A DNA stretch of 64,000 nucleotides from an uncultured virus (IMG/VR IMGVR_UViG_3300043429_001189) (Duplodnaviria; Heunggongvirae; Uroviricota; Caudoviricetes). Below the pieces are notes generated by a model. The model was not told the origin of the DNA and did no database searches. It worked only from the letters and a program-made list of their open reading frames with translations. Shown one piece after another: positions 29,783-40,317 of this stretch. How positions within the stretch are numbered: the stretch's first letter is position 1; every line of letters begins with the position of its first letter. The translations under genes and the position numbers were made by a program. The stretch spans positions 62,001 to 126,000 of IMG/VR virus record IMGVR_UViG_3300043429_001189; one strand, given 5' to 3'.

Positions 29783-30933
29783 ATTTGTGACTTTTTGTGT
29801 TTAAGATAATCAAATAATTCTTTTTCGTTAAAGCGCCCAAGATTTTTTTGCGCAAACCACATATTTTTTCTAATCCGTGCTTTATTTTTTGCATCAAGTT
29901 TTGGATTTTTAAGAAGGTGCATACATGCTGTTTCACATTCTTGAAACCGACCGGTATGAAAAGCTGATACTGAAAATTCATCAAGAGCAAGAAATTCATA
30001 TGCAGCGGTTGCAATGAATAATAAATCTTTTTGAGGATAGGGAGTTTGCGCAGCAATCTTACCAAAATAATATGCATGTTCAAGCATTCGTCTTTTCCTT
30101 GCCTCAATTGCAAGAAGCCAAACAGGTTCAAGACGCCATGGTCTTAAAGACCATGCTTTCATAAGATCAGGTAAAAAATCATGCCAACTATCACCTCGAT
30201 TAACTTTACCCCATCCTACCATATATTGTGCGTACCACACTTCCTCGTCCCATCCACCTGCTTCTACGCGTTTTTGATACCATTCAATTGATTTATCCCA
30301 TTGATCCGTATCTCTGTATGATTGAGCAAGATAGAACATATATCGCGCATTCCAAGGCTCATCAGCAATTCCTTGTGTTAATAAACGTATGTCCCGTTCA
30401 AATTTGTCGTGCTTTGATCCGCCGTCGGATATATCATTAAACCACAAAGAATCCATTTTTTCTCTGGATTTAAAACCTCCTTCACAATCATAATATTCGT
30501 GAGTTACGCCGATACATCGCCATGTTTTTTGTGCATTTAATAATCGAAAGTTGTAATAACTTGTTCCATTATTTTCCTGCATCACATCGTATGCATCAAT
30601 TCTTTGATCTAACATGGATTTTTTAAATCCTCTGTTTTCCAATACCATGTCAGCATCAGTAAGAAGAATCCAGTCCCCCCACTTAGTTGCATATGATAAA
30701 GCTTCGTCACGATTATGACCAAAATTAATCCAAGGTCTTTCAATTAATTCACCAGGCTTGTCTTTAAGAAATTTTTTAATTAGATCCTGTGTTCCATCAG
30801 TTGATCCAGTGTCAACTATGCACCATGTGTCAATTATATCATAAACAGATTTTAGACACCTTTCGATAATTTTTGACTCATTTTTGACAATCATATTAAG
30901 CACGATTGTCTTGCCATTCTTTTTAATGCTCAT
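29779..30933 (-). CDS. GT2 glycosyltransferase with TPR repeats
   Basis: 'MIVKNESKIIERCL..VDTGSTDGT..TDADM..HEY' plus TPR-like C-terminus. Confidence 0.9.
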   Translation of the reverse strand: MSIKKNGKTIVLNMIVKNESKIIERCLKSVYDIIDTWCIVDTGSTDGTQDLIKKFLKDKPGELIERPWINFGHNRDEALSYATKWGDWILLTDADMVLENRGFKKSMLDQRIDAYDVMQENNGTSYYNFRLLNAQKTWRCIGVTHEYYDCEGGFKSREKMDSLWFNDISDGGSKHDKFERDIRLLTQGIADEPWNARYMFYLAQSYRDTDQWDKSIEWYQKRVEAGGWDEEVWYAQYMVGWGKVNRGDSWHDFLPDLMKAWSLRPWRLEPVWLLAIEARKRRMLEHAYYFGKIAAQTPYPQKDLLFIATAAYEFLALDEFSVSAFHTGRFQECETACMHLLKNPKLDAKNKARIRKNMWFAQKNLGRFNEKELFDYLKHKKSQI

Positions 30934-30984
30934 TAATTTTTTGTTTTAACAATTTATATATCTTAAATTAATTATTATCAGAAA

Positions 30985-31821
30985 TTAAATCCAACCGTTT
31001 TCTTTAATTTGATTTATAACATATTCAGGAGTAATAGTTTTGGAACATTCAAATTGCTTATTAGTTCCTTTGTTTATAGGGCACCACATCCAATCCATAG
31101 GGTCAAACTTAAATTTATTAACTTCGTGAAAACAACCGTGACATACATTAGGATTTATAATTCTTACACAATCTTCAACAAATTCATTCCAAGTATGCGT
31201 TACACCGGATATCATTACTACCTTTTTGCCCATTGCGTGTGCCACCCAAGCCATTCCTGATGAAACTCCTACAAAAAAATCAGAGTGGTAAATGTAATTC
31301 ATGGAATCTTCTATCGAATTATCCAATCTTCTAACCGCTGATTTTGGAACATAGTTCCAATTGCCCGGGACTCCAAAAGATTCACCTTGATCTATACAAA
31401 CCGGAGTTATTTCATTTTTTCTCAACATTTTACTCAAAATATCCCAACCGTTTGGATAATTCCAATATTTGCATTGAGCGGTAGTGTGCATTCCTATGGA
31501 AGCATATCTTGATTTAATAGGTCTATCTTTAGGTGTAAAATCAACTTTAGGTCTAATGTAAGTCCAGTCAGTAAACCCTAAATCCCTGGCAAAACCTTCT
31601 TGCAATGGAAGATCAAAATGATAATTAATTTCTACCACTTTATCAAATTGAACATTTACATGATCAAAATTTAACGTTGGATATGAATTTCTAAAAAGTT
31701 TAGACCAAGCGCACTCTACATAAACCTCACATTTTTCACGCTTTTGAAATTCAAGAACAGCAGGCATACCACCTATGGTATCACCCAAAGATTTAGTTGT
31801 AAATTTAACAAGTATTTTCAT
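30985..31821 (-). CDS. Autotransporter-type heptosyltransferase (BAHT; Aah/TibC-like GT domain)
   Basis: 'SLGDTIG', 'TAQCKYWNYPNGW', 'FFVGVSSGMAWVAHA', Cys motif 'VCHGCF..WMWCP..FECSK'. Confidence 0.8.
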   Translation of the reverse strand: MKILVKFTTKSLGDTIGGMPAVLEFQKREKCEVYVECAWSKLFRNSYPTLNFDHVNVQFDKVVEINYHFDLPLQEGFARDLGFTDWTYIRPKVDFTPKDRPIKSRYASIGMHTTAQCKYWNYPNGWDILSKMLRKNEITPVCIDQGESFGVPGNWNYVPKSAVRRLDNSIEDSMNYIYHSDFFVGVSSGMAWVAHAMGKKVVMISGVTHTWNEFVEDCVRIINPNVCHGCFHEVNKFKFDPMDWMWCPINKGTNKQFECSKTITPEYVINQIKENGWI

Positions 31822-32075
31822 TAAAATTGTTTTAAACGGCCAGATTTCCAATCTTCCATTGTATGCTCAACATCAATTGTATGTTCACTGGAATAAAAAT
31901 GCAAAATTGGTTTATCATTTTTATTTTTGCCGATTAAATTTAATCCGCACCCTTCGCATAACACAGGATAACACTCGTTTGCCTTTATCTCTTCCAAAAT
32001 TTTATAAACATCAATGCCTGGTTTAATCTTTTTTCCAAACATTTCTTTTGAACATACATTGCAAAAATCTGCCAT
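31821..32075 (-). CDS. Small Cys-motif (zinc-binding?) protein
   Basis: CNVC ... CEGC. Confidence 0.6.
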   Translation of the reverse strand: MADFCNVCSKEMFGKKIKPGIDVYKILEEIKANECYPVLCEGCGLNLIGKNKNDKPILHFYSSEHTIDVEHTMEDWKSGRLKQF

Positions 32076-32089
32076 AATGATTTAATAAT

Positions 32090-32590
32090 TTAATATTGTG
32101 AGGTGAAAAATTTATTTGGGTATGTTATATCAAAAGAAGAATTTGTCCCGAAAGATATTGATTCAACAAAATCTTGATATTGACTTTTTAATTTAGATTC
32201 TGTCACAAAAACTTGAGTTTCAAGATCTTTAATTCTTTCCTTAAGATTATTAACATCGGACAAACCCAGCAATTTGTATAAAGAGTCAATTAAATCTTTG
32301 TTATGCAATTTAATTTCTTCTAAAATTTCTTCTGAATGATCACTTTGTAAAAGACCAACAAGCTTTTGAATGCACTGAGTTATTTCTTCTTCAATAGGAT
32401 CGACAATTTCAAAATAGTCTTCGTAATTTGGTACAATAGAAAGAAATATATCTTTGGATGTATTTTCATCTAATGTTAGTGTAATATACCCATCTGACTT
32501 CCATGTTACATAAGAATCCTTACTTATGCTAAATATTTCTGTTCCATGCAAAACAAAAAAATCTTTAATTACTCTAAGTTTTTTTTCCAT
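32090..32590 (-). CDS. Hypothetical protein
   Basis: 166-aa ORF. Confidence 0.6.
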   Translation of the reverse strand: MEKKLRVIKDFFVLHGTEIFSISKDSYVTWKSDGYITLTLDENTSKDIFLSIVPNYEDYFEIVDPIEEEITQCIQKLVGLLQSDHSEEILEEIKLHNKDLIDSLYKLLGLSDVNNLKERIKDLETQVFVTESKLKSQYQDFVESISFGTNSSFDITYPNKFFTSQY

Positions 32591-32599
32591 AGTATAAAT

Positions 32600-32848
32600 T
32601 TAATTAATAACCCAACCTTTGGATAATGAATTATTTAGCCAAGTATCAACGTCTTTTTGAATAATCATGCTTACTTGTTCATACTTTTTTGTTGTGTTTC
32701 GTATTTTCACAACATAAACAAACCAAGAATCATCCGGGTCTTCAATGTATTCTATTGAATATGGCGAACGTTTCTTAGTAAGAACATAAAGTTTTTTTGC
32801 TTCTTTTAATTCTTCAGCATATTTATCAAAATTTACTTTGCCTTTCAT
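32600..32848 (-). CDS. Hypothetical protein
   Basis: 82-aa ORF. Confidence 0.6.
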   Translation of the reverse strand: MKGKVNFDKYAEELKEAKKLYVLTKKRSPYSIEYIEDPDDSWFVYVVKIRNTTKKYEQVSMIIQKDVDTWLNNSLSKGWVIN

Positions 32849-33279
32849 TCATATTTATCTTTTGAGACTGTAATTTTTGCAATTATTCTTCTGCTATCTA
32901 ATTTTTCTATTGTCTCTTCAACCATTTTTTGATATTCCACATCAACGTTATAATCACTTATAAGGGAAGATTTGCGATACACTGGGGTAATTATTGCGCT
33001 ATTGCCCATAGGTGAAATCTCGTCAATTCTAAAGACGGACAGCGCTATCCCATGCTTATCTTCAAACGCTTTCGAAATATAATCGCCTGCTTCTATGGGT
33101 ATTAACGCTTGTTTTTCTCTATCTTGATCAGCAAAAATTGCATATTTTAAATTTTTATCTTTTCCGTAAATAACAGTTGATCTTCTAAGGTCAGAAAAAG
33201 TCATAACGCTTTCCCATAAGCAAGGCACTCCATTTCTTGTTCTTGCAATTTTAATCTTCTTTTCTTTAATTTCTTCCAT
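32845..33279 (-). CDS. Hypothetical protein
   Basis: 144-aa ORF. Confidence 0.6.
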   Translation of the reverse strand: MEEIKEKKIKIARTRNGVPCLWESVMTFSDLRRSTVIYGKDKNLKYAIFADQDREKQALIPIEAGDYISKAFEDKHGIALSVFRIDEISPMGNSAIITPVYRKSSLISDYNVDVEYQKMVEETIEKLDSRRIIAKITVSKDKYE

Positions 33280-33286
33280 AATTTTA

Positions 33287-34144
33287 TTATTGAATCCAAA
33301 AATAATTACTTAAAATTTCTTTTGCTGATTCATTGGTTATTTTAGTTTCGTTGGATTGATTAACTAATTCCTGTACGTCGGAAATAAATTTTTGCCCAGT
33401 TGGCAATAATATATATTGCCCATCTTTAGAATTAAATAGCGGTTCTTTAAGCATAAAATAGACAGGATCTTTTGCAGATTCTTTGGATATACGATCAGCT
33501 TTTTCAAAGTGTCTTTCATAATAATGAATATTATCAGCACAATGATAATACTTACCAAGTTCAATATCTTGATATGTTTCACGAAGCCAATGCCACATTG
33601 TCTGTTGAACAAAAGCAAAAAAAGGAGCATCAAAAGTCAATCCATAAAACATATCATTTGACCTCATTTGTACTTTCATATTTAATTTATTATCTCTAAT
33701 CCAAAAATTAAGATACATTGTACAAACAAAATCTTTATTGCCTTCATATTGGTATTTAGGACGATTAACAAAACATACCGCTTGACGTGTATGTTTGTCC
33801 TTAATTAATGATTTTTTTGCCCATTCTAATTGTTCATCAAACAAAATGTACCCATAGTTTGAATTTACATACCCTTCGGGTGTTGCAATTTTTTGCCAAA
33901 AGTTTGAAAAATTATTAATAAAACTTGTGTTTGTATCACGTTGCAAATACCAAGATAATTCTCCTAAAAAATATTTCCAATCAAAAGGTCTTGCCTTAAA
34001 ATCTAAAATTGTAAAATTAGGATCAAGTTCAAGTGTTTGAAGCTCAAGTTCTTTTACCTGAAGACCTCTGGGTGAAGAATGAATTCCTTCATTGTTAATT
34101 TTTTCAATTAGCTGTTTAAACTGATTATTTATAGAATTATTCAT
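33287..34144 (-). CDS. Thymidylate-synthase-family enzyme, probably dCMP-modifying (dCMP hydroxymethylase-like)
   Basis: 'DFVCTMY', 'MRSNDMFYGLTFD' with Asp at the nucleotide-specificity position, 'NIHYYERH'. Confidence 0.8.
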   Translation of the reverse strand: MNNSINNQFKQLIEKINNEGIHSSPRGLQVKELELQTLELDPNFTILDFKARPFDWKYFLGELSWYLQRDTNTSFINNFSNFWQKIATPEGYVNSNYGYILFDEQLEWAKKSLIKDKHTRQAVCFVNRPKYQYEGNKDFVCTMYLNFWIRDNKLNMKVQMRSNDMFYGLTFDAPFFAFVQQTMWHWLRETYQDIELGKYYHCADNIHYYERHFEKADRISKESAKDPVYFMLKEPLFNSKDGQYILLPTGQKFISDVQELVNQSNETKITNESAKEILSNYFWIQ

Positions 34145-34703
34145 TAATAAAAGATTTGATTTGATTGTATATTAAATTAAAGTCTGTATAACTATTATCT
34201 TTGTTTACTTTAATTTTCATTTTATTGATAATTGATGATTTTTCATATGCATTTAAAAATAAATCAATTTCTTTTTGTTTATCTTCTATTTTTGCTGAAT
34301 ATGAGTTGCCATCATCTTTTGATGCAACAAATTCGGCATCAGCATATAAAAGAATTAAATAAATTTCAGTGTTTTTATAAAATGAAAAATCTTGTTCTAA
34401 ATGCCAAACCCAGGATTCGGGATTACTATTCCTAAATAACTGTCCATATACAAGTTCACCAATATGAGACCTATTCCAAAACATTATCATATCATTCTTA
34501 TAATACTTATCATTATTTAATGTCCAATATAAACGAAAGTTATCGAAAAAAGTTTTTTTCTGATATTTTGTTTTTTCTTCATTCGTATTACCTATAGGAA
34601 ACGACCAATGTTTTTTAATCACATTTCTTTTTTCTTCAACCAATTTATTAATAACAGTATCTTTTCCTGTTCTATCGGTACCTTCTAATATAATAAGTTT
34701 CAT
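34137..34703 (-). CDS. dNMP/thymidylate kinase-like protein
   Basis: P-loop 'ILEGTDRTGKDT', 'NRSHIGELVYG'. Confidence 0.85.
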   Translation of the reverse strand: MKLIILEGTDRTGKDTVINKLVEEKRNVIKKHWSFPIGNTNEEKTKYQKKTFFDNFRLYWTLNNDKYYKNDMIMFWNRSHIGELVYGQLFRNSNPESWVWHLEQDFSFYKNTEIYLILLYADAEFVASKDDGNSYSAKIEDKQKEIDLFLNAYEKSSIINKMKIKVNKDNSYTDFNLIYNQIKSFINE

Positions 34704-34710
34704 ATTGTTT

Positions 34711-34737
34711 TTATATTCAAAAGATTTTATAAAGTTT
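34711..34737 (-). promoter_or_regulatory. Bipartite promoter AAAC-N15-GAATATAA
   Basis: Motif copy upstream of the kinase/TS genes. Confidence 0.6.
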
Positions 34738-35501
34738 TATAAATATCTTCGGGCAATAATGTTGTATGTAGTATCAATATTTTTAATATTAACTTCGGTT
34801 AATGCATCGATGTATTTCTTGTTTGTCGATTCCCAGATATGGTGACAGTATGCATTAGGATATTCGTGTGCTTCTTCAAATAATTTTATGGATCCTGTCT
34901 TAGACCATGTTGGGTAATGAAAGGCATCATAAGGTAAAATGGTCAAATGATCATTATATGCACCACTCTCCCACATTTTAAGTGGTAATTTTATTGAATG
35001 AATATTCCAAGTATCATCTTTTAGCCCAGTTGCTGAAAATGTTTTATACTCTTCATACCAATCGGCAATAAATTTATTATTAGGCTCGGCTAAAATAACA
35101 GCGTTACCAATACCTAATTCTCGTTTACCTTCGTACCCTATAACACATTTATGAATTAACAAATCATTATACGATTTAACTGTAATTGTATCAATGTCCA
35201 AATAAATTCCACCTACTTTTTTGAGTATTTCTAAACGTAAAACATCAGCTTGATGCGCAGGGTGTTTAACAGGATTACCAAATATTTCTGTTGGCGGTTG
35301 AATAATATTTAGCTTAACATATTCTTTAGATTTAACAATATCCCACCATTCTCCCGTAGGTTCTTGGTCGCAATATAAATCAATAGAAAATCCTGGATTA
35401 CAGATAAAAGCTGATTCTATTGCAAGATAGTGAGTAATTCCAAATGATTTATGTTTATTTTCTTTTGATAAAAAAATGAAATGTATTTTATTAGGTATCA
35501 T
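34737..35501 (-). CDS. Glycosyltransferase, DxD sugar-binding (GT32-like)
   Basis: 'IPNKIHFIF', 'HQADVLRLEILKKVGGIYLDID'. Confidence 0.9.
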   Translation of the reverse strand: MIPNKIHFIFLSKENKHKSFGITHYLAIESAFICNPGFSIDLYCDQEPTGEWWDIVKSKEYVKLNIIQPPTEIFGNPVKHPAHQADVLRLEILKKVGGIYLDIDTITVKSYNDLLIHKCVIGYEGKRELGIGNAVILAEPNNKFIADWYEEYKTFSATGLKDDTWNIHSIKLPLKMWESGAYNDHLTILPYDAFHYPTWSKTGSIKLFEEAHEYPNAYCHHIWESTNKKYIDALTEVNIKNIDTTYNIIARRYL

Positions 35502-35502
35502 A

Positions 35503-36717
35503 TTAAAATAGGTTTTTTGATTTTATATTTTTATGCGTATAATCTATCTTTTGTAAAATATTATTTTGTTTCACAAATTCACCCCCAAAATCTTTGATTT
35601 CTCCTTTTATGAATCTAACTACTTCATTTGTCCAATCCATCGCAGTGGTCACAGGAACATTTTGACAAATGTGATTCATTTTAACGGCTGTCATTTCAAA
35701 ATCGTGTGGCAATCCCATTAAATGCATTGCTTCTCTAATCGTTAATCCTCTTTCTTTGGTTGGATGAATAATTGAAGAATTTTTAGAAATAATTGCATTG
35801 GTTGCATCTTTAAAAATAAGAGGAGAACCATCCCACCATCCTAAGTTCATTGACATTTTATTTTTAACATGCGCTGCTATTTTTTCTATTCCTTTTTCGT
35901 TGTTTTCACGCCCCCAATTTTCAAATTCATTCAATAAATTTTCCTTTATTACCCATTGTAACATTGTTTTGTATGAGCTGTCAGTTATTTTCTGAATAGT
36001 CCATCCTTTTTCTTTTGCAAAAAGAAACCAAGGATTATTTTTAATGTCTCCAATTCCAAAAAATTCGTCCATGTGTTTGACGTTATCAGGTATTTGATCC
36101 AAATATTCGGCTAAATTAGGAGCTTTTCTACTATAAAAATTTAGAATAGGAGCTTCGCTGTCTTTCCAAAAAAAATAAAAAGTTCGCATTCGATGTTGAG
36201 GTATTCCGTGTAAAAAAGTATCGGTTTTAATCACTGACATTGAATACCCAAATTCTTTTCCGATTGACCGTAAATTTTCAAGTACTTTTTCTCCCATTCC
36301 ACTGTATAGTCCAGGTGCATTTTCTCCCCAAAAAACTTTTGGTTTAATTTGTCCTAAAACCAATTTAGCGGTTTTATACATCCATTCATTTTGTATTGCA
36401 TCCGCCCCTCGTGCTCTATCAGAACCTCCATTATTGCTATTTAGCATTGATAATCCTGCACAAGGACAAACGCTTGAAACAAAATCAACATCTTCAAATA
36501 AAGCACTTTCTACATCAGGTAATGTATTTTCATCTGGGTCAACCAACATATACGGGCTTTCGGAAAAATAATTAATGCAATGACTATCATTATCCTGAAA
36601 CGCAGGATAAGATAGAATAAAAGATGGCTCCGATTCTGTAACTTTTTTATTTGCTACTGTCATCCCACCAATAAGCGGTACAACACTTCCGTATTTAATT
36701 TTTTTAATAGACTTCAT
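35503..36717 (-). CDS. C5-cytosine DNA methyltransferase-like protein
   Basis: Motif IV PCAGLS, VI ENAPG, VIII QHRMRTF, IX RGLTIREAMHLMG, X QNVP; motif I atypical (VPLIGGM). Confidence 0.8.
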   Translation of the reverse strand: MKSIKKIKYGSVVPLIGGMTVANKKVTESEPSFILSYPAFQDNDSHCINYFSESPYMLVDPDENTLPDVESALFEDVDFVSSVCPCAGLSMLNSNNGGSDRARGADAIQNEWMYKTAKLVLGQIKPKVFWGENAPGLYSGMGEKVLENLRSIGKEFGYSMSVIKTDTFLHGIPQHRMRTFYFFWKDSEAPILNFYSRKAPNLAEYLDQIPDNVKHMDEFFGIGDIKNNPWFLFAKEKGWTIQKITDSSYKTMLQWVIKENLLNEFENWGRENNEKGIEKIAAHVKNKMSMNLGWWDGSPLIFKDATNAIISKNSSIIHPTKERGLTIREAMHLMGLPHDFEMTAVKMNHICQNVPVTTAMDWTNEVVRFIKGEIKDFGGEFVKQNNILQKIDYTHKNIKSKNLF

Positions 36718-36724
36718 TTTTTTG

Positions 36725-37480
36725 TTAAAACAATTGTTTATTATTTATCAAGTTTCCAGATATAACAGTTTTTGCTCTTTCTTCAAAATATTCCCATTTT
36801 TTAGGATTTTTAGCTCCTTGTGTTTTGCAAGATCTTAAATTTTCGTCCCAACTCCTTTTCCAACCAGCAATATCCGAATATGAAGATATTGTTTTAATAA
36901 TTGAAGGTGTTATTTGATACGTCATATTTTGAGGCTGAATGTGTTCAGCTAAAAATACATCTATTGACATTGAACATTTACCGTCATCTTCATTATCAAC
37001 TATATGTATTACTTTTTCTAATCCTTTATGTGTAAACAACATTGCATGAGTTAACAATGTGTATTGTGAAAGAGCAACCATATCATTAATAGGAGCCGAT
37101 GGATATTTATCAGCACATCCTAAATATAATAGATCAAATTCAACTATACCTGATGAATTAAACCAAGCATCTAATTGTTCATACAAATCTTCGGGTATTA
37201 AAGCATCATCCTCAAGAACCAATATTCGATTATATCCTTTTTTCAAGGCATCTCGATAAATTTCTATATGCGATGACCAACATGCAATACAGGAAGGCTT
37301 TTTAACTCTTGTTCCTTTTCTATGTTTTTCTAAATCAATATCTGCTGCTTTGGTTGCATCCCAACGCTGGACATTAAGCCCAGCGTTGTTTGCCGTTTTT
37401 TGAATTTCATTCCACCTATCCTGTCTAAAATCCAAATTTATTACATATGCCGCATCCCAAAATTTTTCAAAGTTTTTCAT
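36725..37480 (-). CDS. GT25 family glycosyltransferase
   Basis: 'YVINLDFRQDRW', 'ACWSSH', 'LVLEDDA', 'LLYLG'. Confidence 0.85.
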   Translation of the reverse strand: MKNFEKFWDAAYVINLDFRQDRWNEIQKTANNAGLNVQRWDATKAADIDLEKHRKGTRVKKPSCIACWSSHIEIYRDALKKGYNRILVLEDDALIPEDLYEQLDAWFNSSGIVEFDLLYLGCADKYPSAPINDMVALSQYTLLTHAMLFTHKGLEKVIHIVDNEDDGKCSMSIDVFLAEHIQPQNMTYQITPSIIKTISSYSDIAGWKRSWDENLRSCKTQGAKNPKKWEYFEERAKTVISGNLINNKQLF

Positions 37481-37507
37481 TTAATCTTAATAATATTTTT
37501 CATTCAG

Positions 37508-38902
37508 CTAGAATAAAGACTTTGCTTTTACTTTAGCCAACTCTTTAATTTTTTGAACCAAAGGTTCCTCAATAATTTCTCTTAAAATTTCATCATTATA
37601 TTCTTCGCTCAATTTAATATTTACATTCGTTTCTTCTAAAAAACCGTTGAAAATGTTTGCTAGGAATGTTCCTTTACGTACACCTTTTAGGAATTTAACC
37701 TGCAATTCTTTTACCAATTTAATTCTCATAGCAGGATTTGATTCAAGTTCTTCAATCTTATCAAACATTTCCTGTGGAGTTTTAACTCTAATGTAATGAT
37801 CCTTTGGTACTAAAGAATATTGCGTATCATAGTCAGGGTGAAAAAATGGAACTACTCCAACTCGCAGCATTTCAGCGTATTTACTGGTTACCCAATTAGG
37901 ACGAATTGGTATAATTAAAGTATAGCGAGTTCTTTTAAAGATTTCATCAATCTCATCAGCTGTTTTAAACCCTTTAAATTGTGAATAATTTGCAGTAAAC
38001 CGTTCGTCCCATTTTCCATATATGTGATAATCATCTGAACCAGGACGATTTAAAATCCACGTTTTAAGAGCTTCTAATCTGTAGTCAATTTCTTGATGAC
38101 CGTAAGCAGATTGCATTGCAACAACCGAAAATTTAACATCTCTCTCGTTATCTGGCGGTTCAATGGCTTCTCCAATTAAATTTAGTTTTTCAATTCCTGA
38201 ATATTTAAGAAAGAAATCTTCAGTTATTTCCTGTCCTTGTGATGGATTTGGATATGTATCATAATGCACCAAATTTATAGTTTCATTGTATTGCGCTATT
38301 CCCATTTTGGGTGCATTAACCATATCCCGCCATTTTTGAGTTTTCTTAATGTATCTGGGATCAGTCATTACCATGTACCATGGAATTTTTGACATATTTA
38401 GCCAATGAACAATCGGAGCACTATAAATTAGTGTCATGTCCAAAGTAGTTGTCATTCTGCTATTATCACGAATGCTTGGAATAATTCCTGGAATATTAAC
38501 CATCGTTAAACCTTGTGAAGCAAAACCTATACCAAAATCAGGCTGTTCTAAATGAGATACTTTTTCCCACAAATTTTTGTATGCTTCAATGTCTTTATTA
38601 CTTCTATCATTTAAACTTCCATCCTCATTTTTTGTTCTACCAGAAGATGTACTAATACCAAATTCAGTATAAATATCACGAATTATTCCTCTTGGATCAA
38701 TTTCAATTTTTTCTTGATTTGTGAGTTTTTTCCAGTCGCTTCTTTGCATAATCCAAAGTTCACTCACCGAGGCATTTCTTGCAAGACCAAAAAATAATTT
38801 ATAATATTCTGAACTGCCGTCTGACCTTTTTATTTTATTTTTGTTAAATTTTAAAGAAGAACCGATAGGGAAAATGGCAATCTTTATGTTTTCAGTTTTC
38901 AT
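37508..38902 (-). CDS. GT-B glycosyltransferase, phage DNA beta-glucosyltransferase-like
   Basis: 'DPRY', 'IYGKW', 'YTLIIP..WVTSKYAEMLRVGVVPFFHPDYD'. Confidence 0.65.
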   Translation of the reverse strand: MKTENIKIAIFPIGSSLKFNKNKIKRSDGSSEYYKLFFGLARNASVSELWIMQRSDWKKLTNQEKIEIDPRGIIRDIYTEFGISTSSGRTKNEDGSLNDRSNKDIEAYKNLWEKVSHLEQPDFGIGFASQGLTMVNIPGIIPSIRDNSRMTTTLDMTLIYSAPIVHWLNMSKIPWYMVMTDPRYIKKTQKWRDMVNAPKMGIAQYNETINLVHYDTYPNPSQGQEITEDFFLKYSGIEKLNLIGEAIEPPDNERDVKFSVVAMQSAYGHQEIDYRLEALKTWILNRPGSDDYHIYGKWDERFTANYSQFKGFKTADEIDEIFKRTRYTLIIPIRPNWVTSKYAEMLRVGVVPFFHPDYDTQYSLVPKDHYIRVKTPQEMFDKIEELESNPAMRIKLVKELQVKFLKGVRKGTFLANIFNGFLEETNVNIKLSEEYNDEILREIIEEPLVQKIKELAKVKAKSLF

Positions 38903-38904
38903 AA

Positions 38905-40314
38905 TTAAAAATAATTGTTAAGTTTATTTTTCCAATTTTTGTTAAATGTTTTAATACTAAAAAGTTCTTCTAAATCATCAAGAAGTTTTTCACGTTCTTC
39001 AATGTTTTCGTCAAAATATTTGACTTTTTGTTCTATATCTTTATGTGAATACACTAACAATTTAGATTGTATATATTCCGGTATTTGCAAATAAGCAGGA
39101 TCATAAAGAGGATCCAATAGTGGAAGAATTCTTAACCGCGCATATAATATCGGACGAAAATTTAAAGAATCATAATTTGATACACATCTAAATAATATTC
39201 CATATTTATAGCGTGCAACTTGATCTTCATATTCATCAGGCACTAAATGTCCTAAATAATGAGGATGATTTTCCACATCATATAAAAGTTCAGAAAAAAC
39301 CTCTTTTACTTTATTAAGATATTTATCGTTGCGTGATTTAGAGTGCAAAATTCCATTAGATCTTAGCGGAATGTATAAGCCAGCATCCGGAACTCGTAAA
39401 TTTTTAAGATATTTTTCCCATAGTTCAATCCTTCCTCCTTTTTCTTGAAATATAGTACCTGCAAAAAATACTGATTTATCTTTTTTACGCTTATCACTGC
39501 CAAACGATAATAAATCAATTTTTTTGTTTCTGCCATCCCATATAATATGTTGCAATTCCCCTATCGGAAATTCATAATAATCTCTGGTTCCTCTCTTATC
39601 ATCTTTAAAATAATATGCTTTAAACGGAATATTTTCATATTCAAAAATAGGAGAATAAAAAGCAGGATCATTTATAAATGCATATGCTGTATCAAAATTT
39701 TTGGCTTCTTTGAAAGCATACTTAACTAAATTGACAGTTATGTTTTTGAAATGTGACCCAAAAGCCAAAATCCTACATTTTGCATCAAAATTTTTGCATA
39801 TCTTTCGATTGGCAATTTTAATTTTTTCCAATTCAAAAGTATCAGGATTAATAGAATCATGGAATTCATTTTGCTGCAAATGTAAATCTAAATGTTCTTT
39901 TTTAGAAACATAAGAAGTCAACGGCAAAATAAAATCATCAGGATTAAATATTAATATTTTGGATAATTTAGAAAAAAATCCTTTTCCAAAAGTTTTGACA
40001 AATTCCTCTGTTAAAATATTATGATTATATTCACAGTTAGAATCTTCTAAATCATCTACTCTCTTAAATCTTTCACTTTTTAAATATTTAATATAAATCT
40101 GATCAATCCCCCACACTTGCCCATATTTTAAAAGTTCTTCATTATCATCTTTTTGGCCAGTTAAAATAACTAAGTTATATTTTTCTGTTAAAAATTCCAT
40201 AACAGGTACAGAAAATCCCATTATGTATGACATTCTTTTAAAATTTCTTGGCATTATACATAGTGCCATAGGTTTTTCTGAAGGCTCTACATCATTAAAT
40301 TTAGTGTATAACAT
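38905..40314 (-). CDS. Second GT-B glycosyltransferase, BGT-like
   Basis: 'VFFAGTIF..GR', 'YKYGILF..SLNFRPILYARLRILPLLDPLYDP'. Confidence 0.55.
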   Translation of the reverse strand: MLYTKFNDVEPSEKPMALCIMPRNFKRMSYIMGFSVPVMEFLTEKYNLVILTGQKDDNEELLKYGQVWGIDQIYIKYLKSERFKRVDDLEDSNCEYNHNILTEEFVKTFGKGFFSKLSKILIFNPDDFILPLTSYVSKKEHLDLHLQQNEFHDSINPDTFELEKIKIANRKICKNFDAKCRILAFGSHFKNITVNLVKYAFKEAKNFDTAYAFINDPAFYSPIFEYENIPFKAYYFKDDKRGTRDYYEFPIGELQHIIWDGRNKKIDLLSFGSDKRKKDKSVFFAGTIFQEKGGRIELWEKYLKNLRVPDAGLYIPLRSNGILHSKSRNDKYLNKVKEVFSELLYDVENHPHYLGHLVPDEYEDQVARYKYGILFRCVSNYDSLNFRPILYARLRILPLLDPLYDPAYLQIPEYIQSKLLVYSHKDIEQKVKYFDENIEEREKLLDDLEELFSIKTFNKNWKNKLNNYF

Positions 40315-40317
40315 AAT

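Noticed and set aside
33287..34144. Calling the gene thyA
   Set aside because: The specificity residue is Asp rather than Asn, so a dCMP-modifying role is more likely; no symbol assigned.
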